From contig CAYQXT010000001.1 of assembly GCA_964421365.1 (NCBI GenBank), positions 1-36,613 of the forward strand: a DNA stretch of 36,613 nucleotides. Direction: 5' to 3'. Below are positions 24,694 through 33,268 of the stretch, piece after piece. Origin of the DNA: an uncultured Bacteroidaceae bacterium. Its GTDB lineage: Bacteria > Bacteroidota > Bacteroidia > Bacteroidales > DYOH01. The notes beneath the pieces are model-generated. The model had not been told where the DNA came from. It did not search any database and saw only the letters and a list, made by a program, of their open reading frames with translations. Each line of letters opens with the position of its first letter. The stretch's first letter is position 1. Position numbers and translations under genes: made by a program.

Positions 24694-25506
24694 AAAAAAT
24701 GGTTATTAGGAGGTTTGGGCTGGGCATTGTTGGGGCCAATTGGTGGGATAATCGGCTTTCTGCTGGGCTCGGCAATTGATAAGCCTAAAAATGTTCTGGA
24801 AGATGGTCGCCGGAATCGCTCTGATTATAGGCGGAATACTTATACAAGTACTAATAGGCATAATTTTGATTATGAGCGTTCTAATACACAAAATAAGCAA
24901 AATTATGCCTACGGAATTCCTACTCAGTTAGGTGATTTTATGGTGAGTATGCTCATTTTTATTTCTGAAATTATTCGGGCCGATGGCAAAATTTTGAAAT
25001 CAGAATTAGACTATGTTAAAAGTTATTTTAAACAGAAATTTGGCTTGGAAAAAACCAAAGAAGCCCTACGGGTTCTTAAGATTCTTTTACAGAAGGAGAT
25101 ACCTTTATATCAAGTAAGCCGCCAGATTAAACAAAATTTGGATTATCATTCGCGCTTGCAATTGCTGCATTTTTTGTTTGGCTTGGCCGATGCCGATGGT
25201 GAGATTCATCCTTTTGAACTTCAAAAAATAGAAGTGATTTATAAAGCCATGGGAATAAGCGAGCATGATTTCAGGTCGGTAAAAGCCATGTTTATTGAGG
25301 AAGAAATGTCGCCTTATGAAATTTTACAGATACCGGCAAGTGCTAATGTGGAAGAAATTAAAACCGCCTTTCGAAAATTAGCCAAAGAGTTTCATCCTGA
25401 TAGAGTTGCCTATCTGGGTGAAGAAGTGCAGTCGGCAGCAAAAGAAAAATTCCAGAAAATTAATCAGGCTTATGATAAATTAAAGAAAAGAAAGGGATTT
25501 GTTTAA
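24691..25506 (+). CDS. DjlA-like membrane co-chaperone (TM, TerB-like domain and C-terminal J domain)
   Basis: Gly-rich N-terminal TM (WLLGGLGWALLGPIGGIIGFLLG). C-terminal J domain YEILQIPASANVEEIKTAFRKLAKEFHPDR with the HPD motif. Confidence 0.75.
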   Translation: MKKWLLGGLGWALLGPIGGIIGFLLGSAIDKPKNVLEDGRRNRSDYRRNTYTSTNRHNFDYERSNTQNKQNYAYGIPTQLGDFMVSMLIFISEIIRADGKILKSELDYVKSYFKQKFGLEKTKEALRVLKILLQKEIPLYQVSRQIKQNLDYHSRLQLLHFLFGLADADGEIHPFELQKIEVIYKAMGISEHDFRSVKAMFIEEEMSPYEILQIPASANVEEIKTAFRKLAKEFHPDRVAYLGEEVQSAAKEKFQKINQAYDKLKKRKGFV

Positions 25507-25572
25507 TAAAAAAGCTTAATCAATAAAAATAAATTATTTTTGCACTCGTTAAAAAATAAATTAAAAAAATAA

Positions 25573-26064
25573 ATGATGATAGATTTAAAAGAAATACTGG
25601 CCATTTCAGGTCATCCGGGGCTCTATAAAATGGTAAAACATGCCAAAAATAGCATAATCGTTGAATCCATCGTCAATGGAAAGCGAATGCCAGCTTATTC
25701 TACACATAAAATTAGTGCATTAGAGGATATTGCTATTTTTACAAACGGTGAAGATGCACCGCTGGGTAGTGTCTTTTTCAAAATTTATGAATTAGAAGAT
25801 AAGAAACAAAGTTCGGTTAGTCATAAAGCATCTTCTGAGGAATTAAAAGCTTATTTTGAAAAGGTTTTACCCGAATATGATAAAGATAGAGTTTATGTTT
25901 CCGACATTAAGAGGGTAGTGCAGTGGTATAACGTATTGCAAGTTTCGGATTTGCTTAAAATAAAAGAAGAAAAACCGGAAAACACAGATTCTAAAGAAGA
26001 ACAAAAAATTGAAGATATTGAAAAATCGCAACAGGGACAAGAGAATGCCGAGAATAAAGCGTAA
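25573..26064 (+). CDS. Conserved Bacteroidota hypothetical protein (DUF5606-like by recollection)
   Basis: N-terminus LKEILAISGHPGLYKMV...IVES..GKR is familiar from Bacteroidota hypotheticals. Acidic low-complexity tail. Confidence 0.5.
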   Translation: MMIDLKEILAISGHPGLYKMVKHAKNSIIVESIVNGKRMPAYSTHKISALEDIAIFTNGEDAPLGSVFFKIYELEDKKQSSVSHKASSEELKAYFEKVLPEYDKDRVYVSDIKRVVQWYNVLQVSDLLKIKEEKPENTDSKEEQKIEDIEKSQQGQENAENKA

Positions 26065-26079
26065 GTAAGGAATTGATTG

Positions 26080-26187
26080 TTATACTCAACCGCTTCTGAA
26101 ATTTGTAAATCACTTTTGATAACTTCTGGATGTTTAGAAATGAACGAAAGTAAGCATGCAAAATGCAATACCGGTACGGTATAATTC
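26080..26187 (+). repeat. 107-nt element family R2, copy 2
   Basis: Starts 16 nt after the stop of the upstream gene, in the same orientation as that gene. Confidence 0.7.
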
Positions 26188-26190
26188 TAT

Positions 26191-26309
26191 GTTGGTTGGG
26201 TAAAAAATGGAATGAAACTGGTTTGACGGATTTATGATTAATTGTAAGCGGCTATCCATTTGCTGCAATTTTAATAAAATTATCTGTCTGACCGTTTTTA
26301 GATTCAGCT
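26191..26309 (+). mobile_element. Degenerate MITE copy E
   Basis: ...ggtttgacggatttatgattaattgtaagcggct...ttaataaaattatctgtctgaccgtttttagattcagctt aligns with the copy A/B core and right end. Confidence 0.55.
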
Positions 26310-26341
26310 TAACAATTGAACCCGACATTTCGGAAAACGAC

Positions 26342-26375
26342 CTCGTAGCGTGCTTGCACCTACGAGCGTTTTTTA
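26342..26375 (+). terminator. Intrinsic terminator-like hairpin with T-run
   Basis: ctcgtag-cgtgcttgcac-ctacgag followed by cgTTTTTT. A related hairpin lies at 15481-15513. Confidence 0.5.
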
Positions 26376-26429
26376 TATATTAAAATTTTTCTTTTCTATT
26401 TTTTTTGTAACTTATAGCAAAAAAAGATT

Positions 26430-27140
26430 ATGGATACTTTACTAAATTGGGCTTTTCTTATTTTGTTTCCTTTATTTTTTATCCTTTTTATTGCTTCTAT
26501 TATATTTCTTATTGTCCGTCATTTCAAAACAAAATCAAAACTACAGAATTGGGCAGAAGAACAGGGGTGGAGCTATTTTCTTAAATACCAAAACCAAGAA
26601 GAATTAAGCCAGTTTTACACAATGGTCAAAAAATCGGTTGTAAAAACAAGTGGAAATACGACTGTGAAAATTGAAAATATTATGAATGGCAAATATAAAG
26701 GCGATGAATTTTGGTTTGCCTTTTATCGTGGTTTCTCTGGTTATAGTGGAAGCAATAATACCCGAAAATCTACAGCTTTCAATATTTTTATTATTCCTGT
26801 GGAAGGACTAAATCTGGAATTAACGCTGATTTACCGTAGCAAAATGATTAAATTTTTACACATTGATAAAATGGCTAAGCTTTTAGGGATGCCCCTTTTT
26901 GTGCCCGATGAAAATGAATTAGACTGGTTGCTGCTTACAGATGTAGAAAAATTTAAGTCATTGAAGTTAAGTAATTACAAACTAGACTCACTTAAAGAAG
27001 TACTTAGTGATGCGCACAGCATATTGTTAAGTTCCGGTTTTCTGGTATATGCTATTGAATATAATATGACTTTAAAGAAAGATCGTATCGCGCATTATTT
27101 GGATAAATTAGAACAGGTTCAGAAAATTTTCACCAAATAA
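26430..27140 (+). CDS. Single-pass membrane protein of unknown function (paralog 1)
   Basis: N-terminal TM; 236 aa. Shares WAEEQGWSYF, FWFAFYRG, LIYRSKMIKFL, LDWLLLTD and a C-terminal KIFTK motif with the next gene. Confidence 0.65.
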   Translation: MDTLLNWAFLILFPLFFILFIASIIFLIVRHFKTKSKLQNWAEEQGWSYFLKYQNQEELSQFYTMVKKSVVKTSGNTTVKIENIMNGKYKGDEFWFAFYRGFSGYSGSNNTRKSTAFNIFIIPVEGLNLELTLIYRSKMIKFLHIDKMAKLLGMPLFVPDENELDWLLLTDVEKFKSLKLSNYKLDSLKEVLSDAHSILLSSGFLVYAIEYNMTLKKDRIAHYLDKLEQVQKIFTK

Positions 27141-27528
27141 GCATTCTGAGCTATTTATTTGTATATTATATTTTCGAAACTGGATAAGTTCAGTGACAAA
27201 CAAAATTCACCATGGCTTAGACTAAGACGTTGGTTAATTTTTTTAAAATACCTAAATTTGAATTTTATTTAAGTTAATATATTAAAAATCAATAAATTTA
27301 TCTCTTAATAATGATTTTGATAGAATTTTATATGCAGATATTTGTGAAAAGGTAACAGAATAATATAGTGTAAGAATTTTGCTGTTGGTTTTATTTTTTT
27401 GAAAAAATCTGATTGTTAGTAGATTAAATGTTGTGTTGTCTTGGCTTATTCGAAGTTTAGCGATGTATTATTTATTTGGAAGTATTTTTAAAAATAATAT
27501 AGTTAAATTTGGAACTAAATTATAGATC

Positions 27529-28239
27529 ATGGAAAATTCAAGTAGTATTCGAATTGTTATTTTTGTTCTCTTCTTTGTTATTTTTATAGTCATCTCTTTA
27601 ATTTACGCTTTTATTAAATCCAAAAAAACGAAGCAAGAGTTGTCGCTATGGGCCAAAGAAAAAAAGTGGCAGTATTTTCAAAAATATGAAAATCAGCCGC
27701 AGTTAGAGTCGTTTAATTCTATTGGCGTGCAAGCTGTAAAGGAGTTTAACAGAGATAAGGAGGTGAAAATTACCAATATTTTAGTGGGGAAAGTTAAGAA
27801 TTTTGATTTTTGGTTTGCCTTTTATAAAGGTAGAGCAGGTGCTACTGCCAGTAACAACCGTAGGGAGAATACTACCTATAATATTTTTAGTACTCCTATG
27901 CCAACTCCTGATGGTGAATTGATACTTTTATATAGAAGTAAGCTCATAAAGTTGTTGCAAACTGAAAAATTACATAATCAGTATGGAGTTTCGCTTACTA
28001 TTCCTCAAAATTTGGATTTAAACTGGTTATTGCTAAGTGATATAGAGGGGTTAAATAACCTGAATTTAGATAGTTTCAAGCTAAAGATGCTTAAACAATG
28101 TATTTCTGAGGCAAATAGTATTATTTTGGGAAATGGACAACTTACTTACATCGTACAGCATAATCAAACTTTCGGAAAGAATAAAATTGAATATTATCTG
28201 GGTAATCTGGAAAAGCTAAGAAAAATATTCTCAAAATAA
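27529..28239 (+). CDS. Single-pass membrane protein of unknown function (paralog 2)
   Basis: Also 236 aa and collinear with 26430-27140 (WAKEKKWQYF, FWFAFYKG, LLYRSKLIKLL, LNWLLLSD, KIFSK). Confidence 0.65.
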   Translation: MENSSSIRIVIFVLFFVIFIVISLIYAFIKSKKTKQELSLWAKEKKWQYFQKYENQPQLESFNSIGVQAVKEFNRDKEVKITNILVGKVKNFDFWFAFYKGRAGATASNNRRENTTYNIFSTPMPTPDGELILLYRSKLIKLLQTEKLHNQYGVSLTIPQNLDLNWLLLSDIEGLNNLNLDSFKLKMLKQCISEANSIILGNGQLTYIVQHNQTFGKNKIEYYLGNLEKLRKIFSK

Positions 28240-28347
28240 TAAGTCCATCTTTACTTTTGATACCAAATTCGGTATCCGTTAATACAATAGTTCGTTAAAC
28301 TTTGGCAAAGTTGCAGCTTCTAAGTTGAAATATCATTAATAATCAGT

Positions 28348-28476
28348 GAGTTCGGTTTAAAAAGGTGAATTTGTATCGAAATCGGTCAGACGGCTTCATT
28401 AATCAATTGTAAATGAGCTGTCTATTTTTATAGTTTTAATAAATCTATCTGTCCGACCAGTTTTTAGACCAAACTC
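28348..28476 (+). mobile_element. 129-bp MITE, copy B
   Basis: TIRs GAGTTCGGTTTAAAAAGG ... CCAGTTTTTAGACCAAACTC. Confidence 0.75.
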
Positions 28477-29093
28477 TTAAATTATAAATAGCCTTTTCCT
28501 GAGTTTTATTCAATAACTTTTGTTGCTTATTATCAAGTAATCGCGTTTCAAATGAAAACAAATTCAGTTGATTATTGGCTTTAAAGATAGTTACATAAAT
28601 TTTACTTCAAAAACAATAAGTATATTATTGATAACCAAATATTTAACTCGCTTTTTCTTAAAAAAATAAAAATATTTTTTAAGTTCTTAAAATTATAAAT
28701 TATCTTTACATTGTCTTAGAAAATAGTTTTTAGACCCAACTCATTATATTAACTCGAAAAAAAAGAAGGGCAAAGTTTTTTTTCTTGGCCCAAGTCAACA
28801 AACCCGTAGAAAGATAATGGATAAATTGAATTGTGATTATCCAAATATTGCAGCGCAAAGCTATTCACATCCATTTACTGAAAAAATTTGGAACTGGAAA
28901 ATGAAATAATTTGTTTTTTCATTGTTCAAAGTTCATTATGTTTTCTGTTCGATAGTTTTTGATTTTGTGAAAGCTTCGTTAAAAGTATAAAAATGAAACC
29001 AATATATCCTTTTCTTCTATCAAAATAGGGTTAAATTTGTGTAATAATAAACTAAAATAAAAACGAGTACAGATAAAAAATATTGCTTTGATA

Positions 29094-29211
29094 AGACAGG
29101 TCTAAAAAATAGTCTCATTAAAATTACAGAAAATAACTAACTTATTTACTGTCGATTAATGAAACCTTCCGACCGATTATAATGCAAATTTTACTTTTTT
29201 ATACTGAACTC
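29094..29211 (-). mobile_element. Degenerate MITE copy D
   Basis: gacaggtctaaaaaatagtc...gattaatgaaaccttccgaccgatt...ttttttatactgaactc. It ends 18 nt before the HAD gene start. Confidence 0.55.
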
Positions 29212-29228
29212 ATTAATTCTTATACAAG

Positions 29229-30329
29229 ATGGCACAAAAAAAAGTTAGTTTACAAGGAAATTGGTACACCCCGACAAGGGATAAATTAGAGCAAATAATA
29301 AGCAATAACGCTTTTTTGGGACAATTTGCCGTTTTTGATTTTGATAATACAACATTATGCAGGGATATTGGCGAAGCTACTTTGCAACAATTAGTCATAG
29401 ACGGAGTAGTAAAAATTACGCCAGAACTTAGTGCAATAAGCCCGGATTTATCAAAAAACATACAGCTTAAAAGCATCCCCGAATATTATGAAAATTTGCT
29501 TAAAGCCACGACACATCAAAGCAATGATGAGATGCGGCACTCTAATGGCTATCTTTGGGCAGCACAAACACTCAGTGGGCTTCGCTTGCCACAGATTTTG
29601 GCGGCTACCGACAGGGCTTTTTCGCAGGAAATTGCTTTGAAAGATGTAAGTTCAGGCATTATTTCCAAAATCGGGGATTATGCACGGCCTTATTTCTACC
29701 CCGAAATGGTCAATTTAATGGGAAATTTGCTCAAAAATGGAATCCAAGTTTATATTATTTCAGCTTCCAATGTTTGGACGGTAAGGCATTTGGTATTGAG
29801 ATACTTAAATCTAAAATTAAAAAAAGACTTTGGTGAAAACATTGCTATTTCGCCTGAAAATATTTTTGGTATTTCTACCTTAATGAGGAAAACCGAGGAT
29901 GCTTTGCTTTATAAAGATGCCTATTTGGTTCGTGAAAATTTAGATTATACCGAAATGAAACCCAATGAAATGGTAAAATATATAGCTACCAATATGCCCG
30001 AATTTCCACTTTCTGCCTATGCCGGTAAAACCGCCACTATCTTGCAGTTTATCAATACAAAAAAGGCATTGCTCATTGCAGGCGACAGTCCAAATGACAT
30101 ACCTATGTTTAATAGAGCCAAAAACAAACTTTGGATAACGCGCTTAGACAAACCGGATTATCAGCAAAAAATAGTAGCGAAGAATTTTGAAAATTTACTT
30201 TTTCAGCCGGTTCTTAATTCGGCTTTTCCCGGATTTATCTCCACTGGAAAGAATTTAATTTTTGAGCATAAAGAAAAGCAGGCTGCTATTGAAAAAAGCC
30301 TCGAAGTACTAAAACTTAAAAAATTTTAG
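29229..30329 (+). CDS. HAD-superfamily (subfamily IB, phosphoserine-phosphatase-like) hydrolase
   Basis: Motif I FDFDNTT, motif II IISASN, motif IV AGDSPNDIPM. Confidence 0.7.
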   Translation: MAQKKVSLQGNWYTPTRDKLEQIISNNAFLGQFAVFDFDNTTLCRDIGEATLQQLVIDGVVKITPELSAISPDLSKNIQLKSIPEYYENLLKATTHQSNDEMRHSNGYLWAAQTLSGLRLPQILAATDRAFSQEIALKDVSSGIISKIGDYARPYFYPEMVNLMGNLLKNGIQVYIISASNVWTVRHLVLRYLNLKLKKDFGENIAISPENIFGISTLMRKTEDALLYKDAYLVRENLDYTEMKPNEMVKYIATNMPEFPLSAYAGKTATILQFINTKKALLIAGDSPNDIPMFNRAKNKLWITRLDKPDYQQKIVAKNFENLLFQPVLNSAFPGFISTGKNLIFEHKEKQAAIEKSLEVLKLKKF

Positions 30330-30343
30330 TGAGGGTAAAGACA

Positions 30344-30368
30344 CTCGCAGGCCTGAAGGCGCTGCGAG
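30344..30368. terminator. GC-rich hairpin between the convergent HAD and trpB genes
   Basis: ctcgcag-gcctgaaggcg-ctgcgag. Confidence 0.5.
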
Positions 30369-30384
30369 GTCGATGACTCTTCAC

Positions 30385-31584
30385 TTATTTGGGAAGACCG
30401 TATTTATCAACTACAAAATCAATGTCTTTATCGCCCCTACCACTTAAATTTACCAGAATAGATTTCGTGGGATGTTTTTGAGCCAGTTTTATGGCATAAG
30501 CCACCGCATGAGCACTTTCTAAGGCCGGAATAATTCCTTCCATGCGGCTTAATTCATAAAAAGCATCAATAGCCTCTTTATCGTTTATGTAATCGTAATT
30601 TACTTTCCCTAAGTCTTTTAACATAGAATGCTCAGGGCCAACTCCTGGATAATCCAAACCGCTGGCTACTGAATAAACCGGTGCGGGCTCCCCCTTTTCA
30701 TCTTGTAAAGTATAGCACTTAAAACCATGAATAATACCAGGTGTTCCTTTGGTCATGGTAGCTGCATGTTCACCGATTTTAAAAGACAAACCAGCTGGTT
30801 CTACACCGTAAATTTCACATTCGTCATCAGCCAAAAAAGCCGAGAATAGACCTATGGCATTGCTTCCGCCGCCCACACAAGCAACCACTTTGTCTGGTAA
30901 TTCGCCGGTCATTCCCTGAAACTGTTCACGCGCCTCAATTCCTACTACCCGCTGAAAATCGCGTACCATCATCGGAAAGGGGTGAGGCCCAACCACCGAA
31001 CCAATACAATAAAGCGAATTGTCGAAATCCTGAATATAAGCATCAAAAGCAGAGTCAACCGCTTCTTTCAAGGTTTTTAAACCATGCGAAACAGGCACTA
31101 CTTTGGCACCAAGAATTTCCATACGTACTACATTGGGGTGCTCTTTGGCTATATCTACCTCACCCATGTGAATTTCGCATTCCAAGCCAAAATAGGCGGC
31201 AGCAGTTGCCAGAGCCACACCGTGCTGCCCGGCTCCGGTTTCAGCAATAAGTTTCTTCTTGCCCAGGTGCTTAGCCAGCAGCGCTTCGCCCATACAATGG
31301 TTTAGTTTATGAGCACCCGAATGGTTCAAATCCTCGCGTTTTAGGTAAATCCGTCCGCCATATTTTTCCGATAAGCGATTGCAGAAATATACCGGCGTAG
31401 GCCTTCCCTGATAATGTTTGCGGATGCTACGGAGCTGAGAAATAAACTCATGCGATTTGCTTATCGAATAATAGGCAGTCGTTATACGATCCATCTCTTT
31501 CTGTAAATGTTCGGGTAAAAAAGAACCACCAAACTCACCAAAGTATCCTTTTTCGTCAGGATAAGTTTTAAAATAATTTTTCAT
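30385..31584 (-). CDS. trpB: Tryptophan synthase beta chain (TrpB1 type)
   Basis: [13 protein letters not shown]-lysine motif [27 protein letters not shown]. Collinear with E. coli TrpB as I remember it. Confidence 0.92.
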   Translation of the reverse strand: MKNYFKTYPDEKGYFGEFGGSFLPEHLQKEMDRITTAYYSISKSHEFISQLRSIRKHYQGRPTPVYFCNRLSEKYGGRIYLKREDLNHSGAHKLNHCMGEALLAKHLGKKKLIAETGAGQHGVALATAAAYFGLECEIHMGEVDIAKEHPNVVRMEILGAKVVPVSHGLKTLKEAVDSAFDAYIQDFDNSLYCIGSVVGPHPFPMMVRDFQRVVGIEAREQFQGMTGELPDKVVACVGGGSNAIGLFSAFLADDECEIYGVEPAGLSFKIGEHAATMTKGTPGIIHGFKCYTLQDEKGEPAPVYSVASGLDYPGVGPEHSMLKDLGKVNYDYINDKEAIDAFYELSRMEGIIPALESAHAVAYAIKLAQKHPTKSILVNLSGRGDKDIDFVVDKYGLPK

Positions 31585-31609
31585 CAGGATTAAATTTAAA
31601 ATATAAAAT

Positions 31610-31645
31610 AAAAAAAAGCCGCCTGTACGTTAACGTACAGGCGGC
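31610..31645 (-). terminator. Attenuator terminator upstream of trpB
   Basis: On the minus-strand RNA: GCCGCCUGUACG-UUAA-CGUACAGGCGGC, a perfect 12-bp stem, followed by U8. It ends 25 nt before the trpB ATG. Confidence 0.85.
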
Positions 31646-31671
31646 TTTCTAAATAATTGCTATCTAAAAAA

Positions 31672-31749
31672 TCAAATACACATATAGCGCATCCTGTACT
31701 GATGTATCAGAATTTGCCAACGCCAAGTATTTGAATTATTTTTTCTCAT
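31672..31749 (-). CDS. Trp leader peptide (25 aa) MRKNNSNTWRWQILIHQYRMRYMCI
   Basis: Two UGG codons (31723-31725 and 31717-31719) separated by one codon. The segment CAGUACAGG (31693-31701) duplicates the 3' arm of the terminator, so it can pair with the 5' arm as an antiterminator. Confidence 0.7.
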   Translation of the reverse strand: MRKNNSNTWRWQILIHQYRMRYMCI

Positions 31750-31830
31750 TTACCGTACAAATGTAGAAATTATTTTTTATAAATCAAAACTATATCCAAC
31801 CAAAGCTCCAAAAAAATTAGCTGAATCGCC

Positions 31831-31959
31831 ATGTTCGGTCTAAAAAACAGTCGGACGGATAGATTTATTAAAACTGTAAAAACATACAGCTCACCTACAA
31901 TTGATTAATGAAGCCGTTCGACCGATTTCGATGCAAATTAACCTTTTTATACCGGACTC
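31831..31959 (-). mobile_element. 129-bp MITE, copy C
   Basis: The reverse complement aligns end to end with copies A and B. It sits between the TlpA-like stop and the trp leader promoter region. Confidence 0.75.
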
Positions 31960-31969
31960 AATTAACAAT

Positions 31970-32584
31970 TCATTCTTTTGTCAACTCATCTATAAAAGCT
32001 ATTGTTTTTTCACTATGCCATTTTTTAGCCCGATGCTCTTTCATTATTATTTTCCCCGATTTGTCAACCAAAAAAGTAGTAGGAATGGTCTGAGAGAAAA
32101 ATTCTTGCGGTGTTTTTGTGACCATTAAATAAATTGGAAATCTGAATTGATACCTTTTTAGAAATTTCATAATCGCATTGGGCTTGTCGGTAGTAGCCAA
32201 AATAAAAGCAATATTCGGATTATCCTTATAATGATTATATAACTTTTGTATCGAAGGCATTTCTGCCACACAAGGCGGACACCAGGTAGCCCAGAAATTC
32301 ATAAAAATCACTTTCCCTTTAAAATCTAAAAGTTTGTACGATTTTCCGTCTAAGCCTACCAATTGCCAATCGTAAGCCTGCCCACTAATCTGCACCTGCT
32401 CCTGTGTCGGCAGCTCACTTGGTCCCCACATAGTAAGGCGTTGGAAATTTGAGACCATCCACATTCGAGAGCTTGGAAATAACAGACCAAGCACTATAAT
32501 AATAAATAGTATATCCGAAAATTTAGACCAAATGGATTTTTTTAGTTTATAATTAGTCCACCAGTTTTTAATTTTATCCAGCAT
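31970..32584 (-). CDS. TlpA-like membrane-anchored thiol:disulfide oxidoreductase
   Basis: N-terminal TM; thioredoxin motif FWATWCPPCVAEMP. The ATG at 32584 is preferred over the TTG at 32611. Confidence 0.8.
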   Translation of the reverse strand: MLDKIKNWWTNYKLKKSIWSKFSDILFIIIVLGLLFPSSRMWMVSNFQRLTMWGPSELPTQEQVQISGQAYDWQLVGLDGKSYKLLDFKGKVIFMNFWATWCPPCVAEMPSIQKLYNHYKDNPNIAFILATTDKPNAIMKFLKRYQFRFPIYLMVTKTPQEFFSQTIPTTFLVDKSGKIIMKEHRAKKWHSEKTIAFIDELTKE

Positions 32585-32794
32585 ATTCTTTGTTTTTTTA
32601 ATGAAAGCCAAAAGTAATAAAAAATACGGACAAGATTTTTTATTGCATATACCATTATCCTAAGAAACTTTGTTTTTCAAACACAGTTTCGTAAAAAAAA
32701 GAATAATAGGACACAGCTTGTTTATGATTACTATCTTAAATTTAGATTTTCAGTAATTTATCCTGAATTTTAGCGTTCTATTTTTCTGCTGAAT

Positions 32795-33010
32795 TCAAGC
32801 TGCAAATGCAACTTTATTACTGTTAATTAATATTTCAAATTTAGATAAAAATTCAATAGGTGAAAGAAAACCTATTTTTTTTCTTGGTCTATTATTTAAT
32901 TTGTGTTGCACATAGTGCAAATATTCCTGAGTTACATCCTGAAAATCAGTTTCAATTTCTCCATATTTTTCTTCTGTAATTGTGTAAGTTCTACCATCAA
33001 CTTTATGGCT
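32795..33010 (-). pseudogene. IS30-family transposase, C-terminal remnant only
   Basis: ...ETDFQDVTQEYLHYVQHKLNNRPRKKIGFLSPIEFL...* matches the IS30 C-terminal signature (LNxRPRKxLGFxTPxExF). The frame is closed by a stop at 33011-33013, and no catalytic DDE region is present. Confidence 0.65.
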
Positions 33011-33059
33011 CTAATTTCGTAAAAATATTTATAGGTTCAAAAAAAAACTTAAACCTTTT

Positions 33060-33186
33060 GAGACCTAAAACCGATAAGACCGGAGATAAGACCTCCTTAA
33101 AGACCTTCAAGGTTTTAAAAACCTTGAAGGTTTGGTGTGAGTCCCACCATATAGGTAAATCAAAAAAATAAGGGCTTGGTGGGACT
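33060..33186. repeat. Iteron-like AGACC direct repeats plus two strong palindromes
   Basis: gAGACC, gatAAGACC, gatAAGACC and aAAGACC start at 33061, 33077, 33089 and 33101. A 29-nt perfect palindrome (accttcaaggtttt-a-aaaaccttgaaggt) spans 33103-33131. A 10-bp stem agtcccacca/tggtgggact pairs 33140-33149 with 33177-33186. Confidence 0.6.
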
Positions 33187-33268
33187 TGTTTCGGGGCTTT
33201 TTTTGCGAAGCGAAGCAAGCAAAAGAAAAGACCAAAAGCCTAGCAACCAAACCTATGTTTAGAAACAT

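Noticed and set aside
27141-27528. The spacer between the two 236-aa paralogs contains aagttcagtg, which resembles the MITE left end.
   Set aside because: Similarity covers only about 10 nt with no matching right end or core, so it cannot be distinguished from chance in AT-rich DNA.
28817-28909. A 30-codon mini-ORF MDKLNCDYPNIAAQSYSHPFTEKIWNWKMK has two Trp codons near its end. I considered it as a second Trp leader.
   Set aside because: No terminator or antiterminator structure follows it. A MITE copy and about 300 nt separate it from the next gene, a HAD hydrolase that is not a trp gene. It is probably chance or a gene fragment.
32980-33218. Overlapping ORFs on both strands (63 aa and 71 aa) with repetitive KTLKV/FKVFKTLKVFK peptides.
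   Set aside because: They are artefacts of translating the 29-nt palindrome and the AGACC repeats. Mirror-image peptides on both strands are the signature of an inverted repeat, not a gene.
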